Source: Patescibacteria group bacterium (GTDB taxonomy: Bacteria; Patescibacteriota; Patescibacteriia; UM-FILTER-42-10). Taken from it: DNA of 64,000 bases. The stretch lies in NCBI GenBank assembly GCA_041666845.1, contig JBAYGC010000003.1:25007-89006 (forward strand), read 5' to 3'. Below the pieces are notes generated by a model. The model worked only from the letters and a program-made list of their open reading frames with translations, had not been told where the DNA came from and searched no databases. Below are positions 18,875 through 29,280 of this stretch, in pieces. Both the position numbers and the translations under genes were made by a program. Each line of letters starts with the position of its first letter. Within the stretch, counting starts at the first letter, position 1.

Positions 18875-20419
18875 ATGAGTAACTTAATTAAAGATTTTGC
18901 AAATAAGGCAAAAAACCGATTAACTTATCAGTCGGCAGTGTCTTTGCGTACCGCAAAAACTTATTTTATACCACATGAAGATAACGGACATAAACCGTAC
19001 ATCATCAGACCGGGAGCGTTACGATTCTACAGTATAGTATTAATCATTACCAAACTGGCGGTAACCGGGTTTATGTATGCTTCTTTCCCTTCGCCAGCAT
19101 ACTTTTCCAGCGCATCCTCGGCAAACATTATTAATCTGACCAACAGTTCACGCGAAGCAAGCGGTCTGAGTGATTTACAGATATCAGAAAAATTAAATAT
19201 TGCCGCCTATCAAAAAGCACAGGATATGGTTAAGAACAACTATTTCAGTCATGAGAGCCCTTCCGGTGCCCAATTTTGGAATTGGGTAATCGGCGCCGGA
19301 TATCAGTACACAACGGCCGGTGAAAACCTGGCGATGGATTTTAATTCCGCAGAAGCGGTTCATAATGCGTTAATGGCCTCCGCAACCCACCGAAAGAATA
19401 TACTTAATGACAAATTTTCGGAGATCGGAGTTTCAATAGTTTCTGGAAAGATTAACGGCAAAGACACAACTATCTTAGTCGAGATGTTTGGTAATCCAAA
19501 AGTGGCGGCAGTTGAACCAGTCGTCGTACCTCCTTCAGTTACCCCGACTACACCAAATGTTAATACTGCTGTTACCAACACGAATACGGCGCCAACTCCC
19601 CCACTCGCGCCCGTATACACCGGGGAGATTGTCAGCAAGATGAGTGATTCTTTGAATATAAAACCCGATGAAACAATTGACTATTGGGTTGATGTCAAGA
19701 ACACCGGCAACACTACTTGGCTTACTTCCGGTAGTAATTTTATCGCATTGAATGTCACCGATCCTGCCGGCAAGGAAAGTCAGTTTGCCAATTCCACCTG
19801 GCTGACAAAATACCGACCAACCAAAATTTCCGATAATATGGCACCCAACGGCATCGCAAGATTTTCCTTTAAATTGACCGCACCGAGCACTACGGGAACT
19901 TACGAAGAATCCTTTCAGTTGGTTGCGGAGAATATTACTTGGATTAACGGCAGTTATTTCAAACTACCCATTACAGTAACCAAGCCAGTTATAATAAACG
20001 CAAACACTGCTGCTCCGGTCAACAAGAATATCAATACTAATCTGAACACTAACACTGCTGCTCCAATAAATCAGAATACTAACGACGCGGTTATTGAGCC
20101 GAATTTTGTCGCTACGACAAACACGAACCTGTCGATCGAGCCTACTGATACGGATGTCACGCCATTTGTTGTTGCTGCCAATAATTCCGAAGAGGCTAAA
20201 GACTTCCTAAGTTTCCTTAATAAATATTCCAATATCATATTCTGGATAGTATTAATACTGGTGTCAATCTCCTTATTGATCAATACAATTGTCAAGATCA
20301 GGATACAGCATGCCAGCACCATCATTCCGAGTCTACTAGTAATCCTCCTGGCGTCCTTAATGCTGTTTATGAGATTCCACTTCATTCAGAATATCGGCAC
20401 ACATCCGATTATTATGTAA
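18875..20419 (+). CDS. CAP (SCP) domain membrane protein with Ig-like domain and Asn/Thr-rich linker
   Basis: AQDMVKNNYFSHESP, AGENLA, SATHRKNIL; VKNTGNTTW Ig-like unit; 2 C-terminal TMs. Confidence 0.85.
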   Translation: MSNLIKDFANKAKNRLTYQSAVSLRTAKTYFIPHEDNGHKPYIIRPGALRFYSIVLIITKLAVTGFMYASFPSPAYFSSASSANIINLTNSSREASGLSDLQISEKLNIAAYQKAQDMVKNNYFSHESPSGAQFWNWVIGAGYQYTTAGENLAMDFNSAEAVHNALMASATHRKNILNDKFSEIGVSIVSGKINGKDTTILVEMFGNPKVAAVEPVVVPPSVTPTTPNVNTAVTNTNTAPTPPLAPVYTGEIVSKMSDSLNIKPDETIDYWVDVKNTGNTTWLTSGSNFIALNVTDPAGKESQFANSTWLTKYRPTKISDNMAPNGIARFSFKLTAPSTTGTYEESFQLVAENITWINGSYFKLPITVTKPVIINANTAAPVNKNINTNLNTNTAAPINQNTNDAVIEPNFVATTNTNLSIEPTDTDVTPFVVAANNSEEAKDFLSFLNKYSNIIFWIVLILVSISLLINTIVKIRIQHASTIIPSLLVILLASLMLFMRFHFIQNIGTHPIIM

Positions 20420-20589
20420 ACAGATAAGTGCAGATGAAAGTAGACTGCATCTTTACATTACCATTATCTCCCATGAAACAATTAAAGTGGCCGTTTTATT
20501 TATATTATTACGAATTTGATATAAATCAACGATTATTCAAATAATCTGAAGACTTGTTGTTTTAGCTTAATTTTTGCTATAATGCATTT

Positions 20590-21006
20590 ATGAATTTCGT
20601 TAAAATAGTTCTCATTCCACTAAGCATTGCTCTGGTGGTACAATTCTCAAAGACAATCCCGGATACTTTCCGTGGCAAATTTCGATGGAAGAATATTTTG
20701 AATTACGGCGGTATGCCATCGGGCCATGGAGCACTAGTTGCTTCACTATGTACAATGGTCGGTATCGTTATGGGTATTGACACAGTAGAATTCGGAATTG
20801 CATGCGTTATGTCCGTAATCGTCCTAAGGGATTCCGTAGGGCTCCGGAGAATAATCGGTAAACAGGGCGAAGCGATCAATGATTTAAATCAGATAAATAA
20901 AAAAGTTCCTGCTTTGGAGGAACGCGTCGGTCATACTCCGTTTGAAGTAATGATGGGAGTTATGGTCGGAATCGGATTGTCTTTCCTGCTGAATTCTGTT
21001 GTATAA
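20590..21006 (+). CDS. Divergent PAP2 family protein (DUF212)
   Basis: GGMPSGH, DSVGLRR, ERVGHTP. Confidence 0.9.
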   Translation: MNFVKIVLIPLSIALVVQFSKTIPDTFRGKFRWKNILNYGGMPSGHGALVASLCTMVGIVMGIDTVEFGIACVMSVIVLRDSVGLRRIIGKQGEAINDLNQINKKVPALEERVGHTPFEVMMGVMVGIGLSFLLNSVV

Positions 21007-21020
21007 AGTATTTCGCGGGA

Positions 21021-21314
21021 TTACGAAGAGGTACTGCCTCTTTTTTTGTTTTTCTTAATCTCTGTTTCAATTTCGTGCGCAATCCTATTCCCTATTCCGT
21101 CAATTTTCTGGATACCTACTAACCACCCGCTGGCATAAATATCAATCAGTGATCTGTCCAACATCCTGATTGTTTTTGCTGCTTTATGATACGCCAGACC
21201 ACGGAATTTTTTCTTATCATCGGCAAAGAAAATTTGAGCCTTTCGCTCAAATTTATCGGCGATAACCTGGTTGAATTGTAACGATAAATGCTGATCGATA
21301 TTATTGGCTAACAT
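21021..21314 (-). CDS. Stand-alone PolX N-terminal-like helix-hairpin-helix protein
   Basis: NQVIAD..FRGLAYHKAA..I..KIDGIGNRIAHEI; start uncertain. Confidence 0.65.
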   Translation of the reverse strand: MLANNIDQHLSLQFNQVIADKFERKAQIFFADDKKKFRGLAYHKAAKTIRMLDRSLIDIYASGWLVGIQKIDGIGNRIAHEIETEIKKNKKRGSTSS

Positions 21315-21633
21315 AGATACCGGCAAACAGTAAAATAACAAAAAATACTCCAAGCAGTGTCAGAAATGTCGTAACCATTACTCGGATCGCGTCTTTTACT
21401 CTCTTTTGGACAAACAGATAAATTGGTAATCCGAAAACCAGCACCCCGGATATGGATGCGCTAAATACCAACAGCATTAGCATTAGGCCCGCGGTAAAAA
21501 TCTCTGCCACATTAATCATCATAGAACTCATATTATTCATAATCAGCGCAACGGCAACCACATACAGCGATTCCAATAAGCCCATTAAAATTCCTGACCT
21601 TACCTGACTTGACTCCCCTTTTAATTCAAACAT
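21301..21633 (-). CDS. Small 3-TM membrane protein
   Basis: Three hydrophobic segments. Confidence 0.7.
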   Translation of the reverse strand: MFELKGESSQVRSGILMGLLESLYVVAVALIMNNMSSMMINVAEIFTAGLMLMLLVFSASISGVLVFGLPIYLFVQKRVKDAIRVMVTTFLTLLGVFFVILLFAGIYVSQ

Positions 21634-21644
21634 ATTTTTATAGT

Positions 21645-21980
21645 TTAATTATTGATATTTGAAAATTGATCAGCGTTCATTTCTTCCCAATCATCTAAAA
21701 TATCATTCCATTTATATGCAAATATTGTATCCACAGTTTCAGTATCTGAATATTGTAATTCCTCCGACACGCCGGAACCGATCCGTTTTGATGCCAGTAC
21801 TTTACGGCCGGTCACGAGAGGTTTTTTTTCTCTTTCCAGTTTAATCTTGCCAAGCGGGCCGTTAAAGATTATCCGTTCCACAGAACCCACACCTTCCATT
21901 ATATCCTCCGTTACGTGTTCTTCCACATCAAATTCTTCCTTTGCATATACTATTAAACTGTCCCATTTTTCCTGATTCAT
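21645..21980 (-). CDS. Hypothetical acidic protein
   Basis: Clean ORF in operon-like spacing. Confidence 0.7.
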   Translation of the reverse strand: MNQEKWDSLIVYAKEEFDVEEHVTEDIMEGVGSVERIIFNGPLGKIKLEREKKPLVTGRKVLASKRIGSGVSEELQYSDTETVDTIFAYKWNDILDDWEEMNADQFSNINN

Positions 21981-22139
21981 AGGGTTATTTCTTATTAAAT
22001 GACACCTATCAGTATTGTAGCAGAATTATGATAATTTAAAAACCCGTGTTTCATGTGGATATTTTGATCCCCTATTCAGTAAACATGGATTGCAAGGAAA
22101 GAGGTATAGACCCGAAACCAAAAACAACCAGCATGCAAA

Positions 22140-22400
22140 CAAAAAACCGATATTCTATCGGCTTAATGGGGTCCCCAAAAATCGCAAAGCGGTTTTTGGG
22201 GAAAGCAATATTTTGAAAATATTACCGAGCAAATCAGGAGCGCATCCTGAGCAAAGGCGAAGGATAGCACGGATTTGCGAGGAAAGGGGCACAGACCCGC
22301 AACCAAAAAATTGTTTCAGAAATGAAAAAACCGAGTTATACTCGGTTTCATCGGGCCCCCAAAAATCGCAAAGCGGTTTTTGGGGAAAGCGGGATATTCG
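22140..22400. repeat. Mosaic of nested hairpin repeats downstream of tRNA-Pro
   Basis: Two CCCCAAAAATCGCAAAGCGGTTTTTGGGG modules and one ACCGAGCAAATCAGG..GATTT..AAAGGGGCAC unit (22224-22293). Confidence 0.75.
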
Positions 22401-22458
22401 TGAAAGGTGAAATCCTGAATAATAATTCAGGATGGAACCTGAAACGAATAATCACGCG

Positions 22459-22514
22459 TGGTCGGGGTGGCGGGACTTGCCCGCCAAAGGCGGGTCCGCC
22501 TCTGGCGGAAACCC
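22459..22514 (-). pseudogene. tRNA-Pro-like 3' fragment with hairpin inserted in the T-loop
   Basis: GGGTT[TCCGCCAGAGGCGGACCCGCCTTTGGCGGG]CAAGTCCCGCCACCCCGACCA. Confidence 0.7.
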
Positions 22515-22547
22515 TTTATAACTAATGGAAATTTGAAATGTTTTGAT

Positions 22548-22623
22548 TGGTCGGGGTGATCAGACTTGAACTGACGACCTCATCGTCCCGAACGATGCGC
22601 GCTACCAACTGCGCCACACCCCG
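22548..22623 (-). tRNA. tRNA-Pro(CGG)
   Basis: Full cloverleaf CGGGGTG..CACCCCG-ACCA; anticodon CGG. Confidence 0.97.
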
Positions 22624-22658
22624 ATTATTAACAAAAACTTTTTTCGCCTAAGATGTAG

Positions 22659-22717
22659 CCAACTGCCCGTCCGCCACGGCTATCGCCGCAGGCGTGCCGG
22701 GCGGGCGCCACACCCCG
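22659..22717 (-). pseudogene. Copy of tRNA-Pro 5' end interrupted after nt 12
   Basis: CGGGGTGTGGCG[40-nt GC-rich insert]CAGTTGG. Confidence 0.75.
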
Positions 22718-22755
22718 TTATAGTTCATATATCTTACAGAATTTCACCAAATTAA

Positions 22756-23487
22756 TCAATTACCTCCGAATCTCCTATTACGCCGGCTATATTCCTCAAT
22801 CGCATCATCAATATCTTCTTCAGTAAATTCCGGCCACGTCTTGTTAATAAACATTAATTCACTATACGCGGATTGCCAAGTCAGAAATCCGGAAAGCCGA
22901 TACTCACCTGACGTTCTGATAATTAAATCCGGATCGGGCAGGTCTGATGAGAATAAATTTTTACTAATCAATTCCTCTGTAATTTGAGCTGGTTTCACTT
23001 TTTGCTTCACAATTTTCTTCACCGCTTCAGTTATCTCCGACCTGCCACCGTAGTTCAATGCAATATTTAAGATTCCACGCTTATTATTCTTTGTCAGATT
23101 TTCTGCTTTGTTGATTGCCTTCTTAATCTCTAAAGAAAGACCTTTTTCAATTCCAATCACTCTAATTTGTATACCTTTGGCATGTAGGCTTTTTGTCTCA
23201 TTTGAAAGCGCGTGTTTAAGGAGGCGCATTAGATATGCTACTTCTTTTTTTGTGCGATTCCAATTCTCTGTAGAAAAAGCATAAATTGTAAGAATATTCA
23301 CACCACGATCAAGACACCACTCTCCTACTTTCATTGCGATATCATATCCCCGCTTATGTCCTGCGAAGGTCGGCAACCCTTTCTTTTTAGACCACCTCCG
23401 ATTACCATCCATAATTATACCAATATGTTTTGGTATTATTCTTGTTTCATCGCCGGTTTTTAACGATTTTTTGGCCATATAAATCAA
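22756..23487 (-). CDS. uppS: Undecaprenyl diphosphate synthase
   Basis: IIMDGNRRW, YAFSTENW, DLIIRTSGE. Confidence 0.97.
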   Translation of the reverse strand: MIYMAKKSLKTGDETRIIPKHIGIIMDGNRRWSKKKGLPTFAGHKRGYDIAMKVGEWCLDRGVNILTIYAFSTENWNRTKKEVAYLMRLLKHALSNETKSLHAKGIQIRVIGIEKGLSLEIKKAINKAENLTKNNKRGILNIALNYGGRSEITEAVKKIVKQKVKPAQITEELISKNLFSSDLPDPDLIIRTSGEYRLSGFLTWQSAYSELMFINKTWPEFTEEDIDDAIEEYSRRNRRFGGN

Positions 23488-23568
23488 AAACCCATTATTA
23501 TTTAGAATTATTTGCTTCTATATTCTAATATTTTTAGCAACTTTCGTCAATTGTACATAGTGATAGTT

Positions 23569-24135
23569 CTATTCGGAAAACTCGACTGTCTGATATGTAA
23601 AAATATCGGTATCTTTTTTCCAGGCATCAGTCGGAAGACCGGCTTTATGGCACAAACTAGAAAGAAACTCTTCCTTATCGTTGATTTCCTTCCAGACACT
23701 GGGTAAGAAAGTAGCGCTGAAGCCGTTCTTTTTCAGTACGATTCCATCTTTACCTAAATTGATTTTAGCCAACAGATCCTGATAATCATAATAAGAAAGT
23801 GGTTGCGGAACAGCAAGAATTGAAATATCTATTTGCGTTTTTTTCAGTTCATCTTCCGCAAGCGCTGGAAATCTCAAATCACGAAACGCCGCGGCATATG
23901 CCTTATCAATAATCTCCTCATACAGTGGTAACTCCGGCTCCAGACTGCCGATACAACCGCGCAAAACGCCATTTTGAGTAAGTGTGACAAAAGCCGCGCG
24001 CTTTCGCATTAAGTTTTCTGAAATTACCGTGGACACATTAATTGTCAATTTGTCATGATTCGCGAAATAGAATTCGATAGTGTCCCGGGCTAATCTAAGT
24101 AAAAACTTTTTTTCTTCACGAGTATATTTCTCCAT
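23569..24135 (-). CDS. amrA: AmmeMemoRadiSam system protein A (AMMECR1 domain)
   Basis: FVTL..LRGCIG, DLRF, ATFLPSVW, LCHKAGL. Confidence 0.92.
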   Translation of the reverse strand: MEKYTREEKKFLLRLARDTIEFYFANHDKLTINVSTVISENLMRKRAAFVTLTQNGVLRGCIGSLEPELPLYEEIIDKAYAAAFRDLRFPALAEDELKKTQIDISILAVPQPLSYYDYQDLLAKINLGKDGIVLKKNGFSATFLPSVWKEINDKEEFLSSLCHKAGLPTDAWKKDTDIFTYQTVEFSE

Positions 24136-24139
24136 ATTT

Positions 24140-25219
24140 CTATTGCCAAACCCCCTCAATATTATAACCACACTCGGAACATTTGCCCTGAACAATTTCC
24201 ATGTTTGTCACCGCATGCCAGTCTCTTGTGATGTTCACATGATTGCATTTCGGACAATATGTGCTCTGATGTTCACTGTCCGCAACATTACCGGTATAAA
24301 CATATTTCAAACCCGCACTTTTTCCTGCACGGTAAGCCCGCAATAATGAATCCGGCGGGGTTGGTGGTTTCTGATTCATTTTATAGTTGGGGGAAAAAGC
24401 TGTCACATGCCATGGAATGGAGTTACTGACATCGGCAATGAATTTTGCTATTGAATTTAGCTCCTCGTCTGAATCGTTTTCTTCAGGGATAATTAATGTG
24501 GTTATCTCAAGCCAAATACCCATATCATGTGCTCTTTTGATGGTCCTCAATACCGGATCCAAATGTGCCTTGCATGTTTTTCGGTAAAAATCATCATTGA
24601 AAGATTTTAAATCTATATTCATCGCATCAAGGTAGGGGTGAATTTTATTCATCGCCTCTTCCGACTCATAACCGTTAGAAACAAAAACATTCTTAATCCC
24701 CTCGGTATGAGCCAGTTTTGAAGTATCATACAAGTATTCAAAAAAAATCACCGGTTCGTTATAGGTATAGGCAATAGATGGAATTTTATGCTGCAAACAA
24801 TATTCTACAATTTTATGCGGAGGCAGATCTTGTCCATAATCAACCAGTTTTCCCAAGCGCAACATTCTTTCATCTTTGTCTTTTATTTTTTTCTGAACCT
24901 CTTTTGCCGATTGTGATAGATCCCAGTTCTGGCAAAAATCACAGGCAAAATTGCAACCGACCGTTCCTATTGAAAATATTTCTGTTCCCGGCAGAAAATG
25001 AAAAAGCGGTTTTTTCTCAACTGGATCAACATTTACTGCGGAAGCTTTACCATAAACCATCAGATATAAATCACCCTGGTAATTCATACGCACACCGCAA
25101 ATTCCCGTCCTGCCGTCAACAATCCGGCAGTAATGAGCACAGGCAGTACATTCTACCTGATTCTGGGGTAGTTTTGTGTAAAGCTTGGCTTTGCTTAATA
25201 CTATTTTATTTCTATGCAT
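24140..25219 (-). CDS. amrS: AmmeMemoRadiSam system radical SAM enzyme
   Basis: CTACAHYC, DPVEKKPLFHF, CNFACDFCQNW, AYTYNEP. Confidence 0.94.
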   Translation of the reverse strand: MHRNKIVLSKAKLYTKLPQNQVECTACAHYCRIVDGRTGICGVRMNYQGDLYLMVYGKASAVNVDPVEKKPLFHFLPGTEIFSIGTVGCNFACDFCQNWDLSQSAKEVQKKIKDKDERMLRLGKLVDYGQDLPPHKIVEYCLQHKIPSIAYTYNEPVIFFEYLYDTSKLAHTEGIKNVFVSNGYESEEAMNKIHPYLDAMNIDLKSFNDDFYRKTCKAHLDPVLRTIKRAHDMGIWLEITTLIIPEENDSDEELNSIAKFIADVSNSIPWHVTAFSPNYKMNQKPPTPPDSLLRAYRAGKSAGLKYVYTGNVADSEHQSTYCPKCNHVNITRDWHAVTNMEIVQGKCSECGYNIEGVWQ

Positions 25220-25275
25220 ATTATTTGTCACTAAAACTATGATTCCATTGTATTTGTTAATTGAACATACCAAAA

Positions 25276-26244
25276 TCAAAATGTATGATAGCGGGCATTT
25301 ATTTCATCAAATACTGACTTGGAAACATCTTGAATTACTTTTTCCATCTCATTCACATCAGTCCCCTTAGTCATAACACAAAGAAGATATGGATGATTCG
25401 GATAATAGATTATCCCACAATCATGTAGCTGTTGGTCTTTATTATCCTGCTCCGATCTGATTCCGAATTTATTTGCAATAATCAAATCCGTAGGAAGATC
25501 ATTGGCGATCCCAGAATCATAATTTGCTCTGGCCAAAAGAGCAAGCGCTTTTTCAGAATATTCCCTGTTCAAATATGAAGCGTTGTATAAAACCCTGAAC
25601 AATGATGAATACTGTTTAACTGTTATATAGTCATCAGCCAAATTTTCTTCGGGATATGGGATATCCATGACGTCATGCATTAAACGTATTTCATCAAAAT
25701 CAACAACATTTGATAATAAATCAAATGCGTAATTCTCTGAATTGATGATCATTTTTTCTATCAGCGCCTCAACCGTTTCACCGGCTTCTGAACCCTCCGG
25801 TACTAATACCAGCGAAAGAAATGTCGGATCTGTTTCTGCTTTTTTATACAGCGCAATCATCATCGGAACTTTTAATAGACTGGCTGGAGCAAAAAGAGTA
25901 TCCTGATTCACGCCATACCAGGGACCGTTATTCAGATTCCGATAATAGACAGAAATATCATGTATTGATTCTGTTTCTAATTTAACTTTTGTCATATTAG
26001 TGACAGTATTTTCCAAAGAAATAATTTCTTTATTCTGTAACCCATCTTCCGATTCGCATTCTAAAAGCGGGCTGATATACTGATATCCGCTCTGCCTGAT
26101 CTCCTGCGATTCCTTATTCTTGCCAAAAAATAAATATGAAATGCTAAAACCAATCACCCCACCGATCAATAGGAATACAAAAAGAGTAATAAAAACCTTT
26201 TTAGTGTTGATTTCCCTATATTCTTTGTTGGCAATTTCATTCAT
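25276..26244 (-). CDS. Class A beta-lactamase-like serine hydrolase, membrane anchored
   Basis: ASLLK (SxxK), SEN, NKFG, HDCGII. Confidence 0.85.
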   Translation of the reverse strand: MNEIANKEYREINTKKVFITLFVFLLIGGVIGFSISYLFFGKNKESQEIRQSGYQYISPLLECESEDGLQNKEIISLENTVTNMTKVKLETESIHDISVYYRNLNNGPWYGVNQDTLFAPASLLKVPMMIALYKKAETDPTFLSLVLVPEGSEAGETVEALIEKMIINSENYAFDLLSNVVDFDEIRLMHDVMDIPYPEENLADDYITVKQYSSLFRVLYNASYLNREYSEKALALLARANYDSGIANDLPTDLIIANKFGIRSEQDNKDQQLHDCGIIYYPNHPYLLCVMTKGTDVNEMEKVIQDVSKSVFDEINARYHTF

Positions 26245-26341
26245 ATTTTCCTATTTCTATTATATTATACTGTTTTGTCAAAATAACGTCCAATCAAAAA
26301 CCCCTCGCATTTGAGGGGTCTTTATGATAATTACAATGAAA

Positions 26342-27430
26342 TTATAACGTATGGCTCATACACACAGCATAATCATTCGTCTGACTCCAAGCTGACTGGG
26401 GAATTATTGCATGGATACAACCCGGGCCGAATTTAATTTCCTTCTGTATTTCTACTTCAGAATATCCGCCATAAACTCTGCCATATGCCAAAACCAGCGA
26501 CCACGTTGCATCAATCCCCTTTCCGATACTAGTTAAATAATCCCCGACCCATTCCATCTGATTCCGTTCCTGCGAAAGTGTACCCACAGTTCTCCTGATA
26601 TTATATCGGTAACGGGAAGCGTTTAAGAGATAGCGGTATTCACCACCCTGATACCCGGACTCAATTGCCCGGTCAACATCAGTTTCGTCGGTAACTAGTT
26701 TGATAGAAATATCGGAATTATAATTACTTTCAGAAACAATTAAATTATCCAGATATAGTTTTCCTTCACTGATTTCCATTGCACTATTATATTCAGGAAC
26801 GGTAAATTCAATATATTTATTTGTCCAATCAGTTATCTCAAATTCATAACCGGAGTCTAGTTTTGATGCCGTATATTCATCTGAACCAAGACGGGCGATC
26901 TGACCGATCAAATCATCCGGGCCGTTACCAAGGCCTGTTCCATACAGTCTTACGGTATCGCCCGGCATCACATAGGTCTTATCTACAGATGTAAATCTGG
27001 CAGTTGTATTAACAGTGCTTGATTTATATACCACACTTTCTATTCTATCCAATGAAGCAACATAATCAAGATAACCAGATAGATTAGACCCCTTATATTT
27101 GATCCAAAACTGATAATCTGTTCCCTCGCTAAGTCCTATCATATCCCTACAATATTTTGTATCAGAAATTTTTTCATCTCCCCCTAATGAAAGTATAACA
27201 ATATAATCATCTGATAATAGATCACCATGACTAGTTTGAAATTGAGGATACGATGCATCTAGATCTTCAACAACATCTGCAATTGTCCAACATAATCTGA
27301 TTGAATTACTAGTCGTTTCATCCGTGTAGATATTAGTGACAAACTGTTCTGCCGCATTTGCCCGAGGAACAAAAAATAATAAACTAAAAAACACAATTAC
27401 CCCGATTGAGATAAGTAATTTACCTTTCAT
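26342..27430 (-). CDS. Secreted protein with FN3-like and IPT/TIG-like domains
   Basis: Signal peptide; GLSEGTDYQF; PGDTVRLYGTGLG..WT..IEFTVP. Confidence 0.7.
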   Translation of the reverse strand: MKGKLLISIGVIVFFSLLFFVPRANAAEQFVTNIYTDETTSNSIRLCWTIADVVEDLDASYPQFQTSHGDLLSDDYIVILSLGGDEKISDTKYCRDMIGLSEGTDYQFWIKYKGSNLSGYLDYVASLDRIESVVYKSSTVNTTARFTSVDKTYVMPGDTVRLYGTGLGNGPDDLIGQIARLGSDEYTASKLDSGYEFEITDWTNKYIEFTVPEYNSAMEISEGKLYLDNLIVSESNYNSDISIKLVTDETDVDRAIESGYQGGEYRYLLNASRYRYNIRRTVGTLSQERNQMEWVGDYLTSIGKGIDATWSLVLAYGRVYGGYSEVEIQKEIKFGPGCIHAIIPQSAWSQTNDYAVCMSHTL

Positions 27431-27502
27431 AAGCTACTTTGTTTAATATTTAAACTAATAATCTACCTACAAATCATATCATATTTAAACAGCAACCCAA
27501 AA

Positions 27503-28009
27503 CTAACTGCTTAACTGCCCTTCCAGTATATGAACAGCGGGTGCCGGGTTACCGTCATCTGGTTCCAATGTCAATATAAAATAATCATGGTCCGTTAAAT
27601 CCTGATCTGCACTGAATGTATTCTGATACACATCATTTTCTTTAATCACTTTGCCGGTACTAATAAAGTTCTGGGGCGCATTAATAACGATCCAGCCCTC
27701 ATAATAATCAGTTCCTTCCGGGTCGGGGAGATTCTCAAAGGTTGCCGACAAATTGTATTCACCATTTTCAAAGTTTGCTTTTGCTTCACCAAAACCCGTT
27801 CCCCCACTGATATCAGTGAGTAATCCTGTAAATTTATAAAGCATTTCAACTGCAGTATTTGTATATACATGTTGGACAGTATCAGTATTTGCATTTGAAA
27901 CATTTAATATTGATTCTTCTTTCGGATCATTGCTAATAAATACCCAAGTCAATCCGCTTATAATAATTACCGTGATTGCTACAATAAATATTTTTATGTT
28001 TGAATGCAT
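27503..28009 (-). CDS. Membrane-anchored protein with RskA/anti-sigma-like C-terminal domain
   Basis: LPDP..YEGW..LTLEP..PA.HILEG. Confidence 0.65.
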   Translation of the reverse strand: MHSNIKIFIVAITVIIISGLTWVFISNDPKEESILNVSNANTDTVQHVYTNTAVEMLYKFTGLLTDISGGTGFGEAKANFENGEYNLSATFENLPDPEGTDYYEGWIVINAPQNFISTGKVIKENDVYQNTFSADQDLTDHDYFILTLEPDDGNPAPAVHILEGQLSS

Positions 28010-28037
28010 CTATCGCAAAATTAATAGTTATTATTTG

Positions 28038-29120
28038 CTAAAACCACTTCTTTCTTTTAAAGTAAGCAACCATAGATACGGCAGTAATAATGATGACGAT
28101 CCACACCCCGTGATAACCGTAATGCCAATTAAGCTCCGGCAAATTGCGGAAATTCATGCCGTAAACACCCACTAAAAAAGTTAGCGGGATAAATATAGTG
28201 GAAATGACAGTTAGCACCTTCATAATCGCATTCATCCGGTTGCTGATGCTTGATAAATATATATCAACCATGCCGGACAATACATCGCGATAGGATTCAA
28301 TCGCTTCAATCGCCTGAATAGTATGATCATAAATATCACGGATATAAGGGCGGGTGGTACTTTTTATCAAAGATATTTCCTCACGTTCAAAACGGTTAAC
28401 TACGTCACGGAGTGGCCAGAGCGACCTACGGAGCAACATTGAGTCCTGCTTAATCTTATTCAATTTGTGCAGAGTCTCAGACGTCGGATTTGAAAGTAAT
28501 TCTTCTTCTATTGTTTCAATTCTATTCCCCAATTCTTCCAAAACCGTAAAATAATTGTCGACAATCGCATCCAATAGTTCATATATCAGATAATCACAAC
28601 CCGTTGATCTGATTCTCTTTCCGCCTTCTTTTATATTATTTCTGATAAAACCAAAAACGTCGCCCTCTGTTTCTTGAAATGTCGCCACCAATTCATTTTT
28701 GAATACGAAACTCACCTGCTCAGCATGAATCTCTTTATTGGAATCAAGAATAAACATTTTTACTACAATAAAAATTGTTTCATCATTCAATTCATATTTC
28801 GGGCGCTGGCGGGTATGTAAAACATCCTGAACCAGTAAATGATTCAGTTCAAATTCCTGGCCGATTTTGTTTATTTTTTGTACATCACGCAATCCAGTTA
28901 CATTAATCCAATTGCAGTATTTACTTTTAATAGAAGTATCAAGTTTTTCCAAATCCTCAACATATTCTTGAAAATAGTTTTCCTCATTATAAGAAATCAA
29001 CTCGACCTTAGTTTGAGTTGTTTCCTCATGCGGATGCGCAATCAAAACCCCCTCCGCGTGATCTGACTTTTTTATTGATCTCTGAAAAAATTTGGTTGGC
29101 GATATTTGTGATAATTTCAT
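28038..29120 (-). CDS. corA: Magnesium/cobalt transporter CorA
   Basis: QRPK, YGMNF..PEL signature. Confidence 0.96.
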   Translation of the reverse strand: MKLSQISPTKFFQRSIKKSDHAEGVLIAHPHEETTQTKVELISYNEENYFQEYVEDLEKLDTSIKSKYCNWINVTGLRDVQKINKIGQEFELNHLLVQDVLHTRQRPKYELNDETIFIVVKMFILDSNKEIHAEQVSFVFKNELVATFQETEGDVFGFIRNNIKEGGKRIRSTGCDYLIYELLDAIVDNYFTVLEELGNRIETIEEELLSNPTSETLHKLNKIKQDSMLLRRSLWPLRDVVNRFEREEISLIKSTTRPYIRDIYDHTIQAIEAIESYRDVLSGMVDIYLSSISNRMNAIMKVLTVISTIFIPLTFLVGVYGMNFRNLPELNWHYGYHGVWIVIIITAVSMVAYFKRKKWF

Positions 29121-29280
29121 AAAACAATATTATTATTTACTATTATTTCACTATATATCTATTATACACCATTAATCGCATACTAAAAAACGAGATTTAC
29201 CTTGCTTTAAACCATTAAAAACCGAAAAACTAGGAAGTATTAACATTCCGGATAAGGAATAATCCTTGGTTCAAAATTAA

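Noticed and set aside
22090-22525. Plus-strand ORFs 22090-22410 and 22322-22525
   Set aside because: They read through hairpin repeats and the tRNA fragment; the repeated peptide PKNRKAVFGES only mirrors the DNA repeat
22659-22717. Interrupted tRNA fragments as intron-containing or split tRNAs
   Set aside because: No matching separate 3' halves for Trp or Lys, intact genes are adjacent, and no bulge-helix-bulge or self-splicing intron core is evident
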